DNA from: an uncultured Methanomassiliicoccales archaeon
GTDB taxonomy: Archaea > Thermoplasmatota > Thermoplasmata > Methanomassiliicoccales > UBA472
DNA length: 64,000 nt
Reading direction: 5' to 3'
NCBI GenBank assembly: GCA_963695345.1
Contig: OY968769.1
Span: 416,001-480,000, forward strand
In this document: positions 63,364 through 64,000 of the stretch, piece after piece
Numbering within the stretch: the stretch's first letter is position 1
Layout of the letters: the number at the start of each line of letters is the position of its first letter
Position numbers and translations under genes: made by a program
The notes under the pieces: model-generated
Database searches by the model: none
Told to the model about the DNA's origin: nothing
Seen by the model: only the letters and a program-made list of their open reading frames with translations

Positions 63364-64000
63364 ATGGAAGCAGTCAAGATAGCAGACGACATCTATTGGG
63401 TGGGGGCCATCGACTGGAACTCGAGGAATTTCCATGGATATGATACGCCTCGGGGAACATCATACAATTCGTTCCTGATCCTGGACGAGCACCCGACCCT
63501 GATCGATGCCGTCAAGGCACCGTTCTTCTCCCAACTGGCCCAAAGGATCAGGTCGGTCATCGATCCGCGCAAGATCGAGTACATCATCTCCAACCACTCA
63601 GAACCGGACCACGCCTCCGGCCTCAGGATGGCGCAGGCCCTCACGGGCGGGGCCAAGGTCTTCTGCTCCAAGATGGGGAAAGAGGACCTGAGGATGAACT
63701 TCGGGGAGATGGACGTGACCGTGGTCGAGGACGGCTCTGAGATGAGCATCGGCAAGCACACCCTCAGGTTCGTCTATACACAGATGGTGCACTGGCCGGA
63801 CTCCATGATGACCTATGTCCCGGAAAAGGGGATACTGTTCTCTATGGACGCTTTCGGACAGCACTTCGCCTCGTCGAAGCGTTTCGACGATGAGGTGGAT
63901 GAGGGCGTCCTGTTCGAAGAGGCGGAGATCTACTATGCCAACATCATCATGCCTTACGGGCCTCAGGTGATAAAGGCGCTAGATAGGTTGAAGGAACTCG
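63364..64000 (+). CDS. fprA: FprA-type flavodiiron protein; 3' end runs off the window
   Basis: Manual translation: MEAVKIADDIYWVGAIDW...GTSYNSFLI...NHSEPDHASG...HWPDSM...DAFGQH. Confidence 0.93.
   Translation, partial: MEAVKIADDIYWVGAIDWNSRNFHGYDTPRGTSYNSFLILDEHPTLIDAVKAPFFSQLAQRIRSVIDPRKIEYIISNHSEPDHASGLRMAQALTGGAKVFCSKMGKEDLRMNFGEMDVTVVEDGSEMSIGKHTLRFVYTQMVHWPDSMMTYVPEKGILFSMDAFGQHFASSKRFDDEVDEGVLFEEAEIYYANIIMPYGPQVIKALDRLKEL

Overview
A GC-rich (visually about 55-60%), gene-dense archaeal chromosome segment. Its content is most consistent with a Methanomassiliicoccales/Thermoplasmata methanogen; this is an inference from rpl40e, RFC-S, ABCE1, archaeal ribB-ribL-ribC-ribH, PGI/PMI, a SelB-like protein, DUF835 and HisKA_7TM kinases, hypA/hypD and fprA. 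The first ~23 kb is accessory: a DUF1028 protein, ThrE exporter, QueG-like Fe-S protein, three sensor kinases, an HNH protein, an orphan P-loop NTPase, ABC-F, PPK2 and a chagasin-type inhibitor. It also holds the most interesting locus, a two-gene operon (8327-11172). This pairs an uncharacterised protein carrying HPPD/HmaS-like VOC metal-binding motifs with an FAD-linked 2-hydroxy-acid dehydrogenase. The rest is mostly housekeeping and metal handling: DEAD-box helicase, ABC-2 exporter, two CorA paralogues lacking GMN, hypAD, nth-folC, nikR, topA, eno, rfcS, glyA, the rib operon, ftsZ, metG and ABCE1. At least 13 genes, including essential ones, carry frameshifts, mostly single-base insertions. 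These look like long-read consensus errors rather than real pseudogenes. I found no tRNA, rRNA, CRISPR array or transposase by eye. Several structured intergenic segments and one unannotated Cys-rich small ORF are flagged. All family assignments come from motif recognition, not from database searches.
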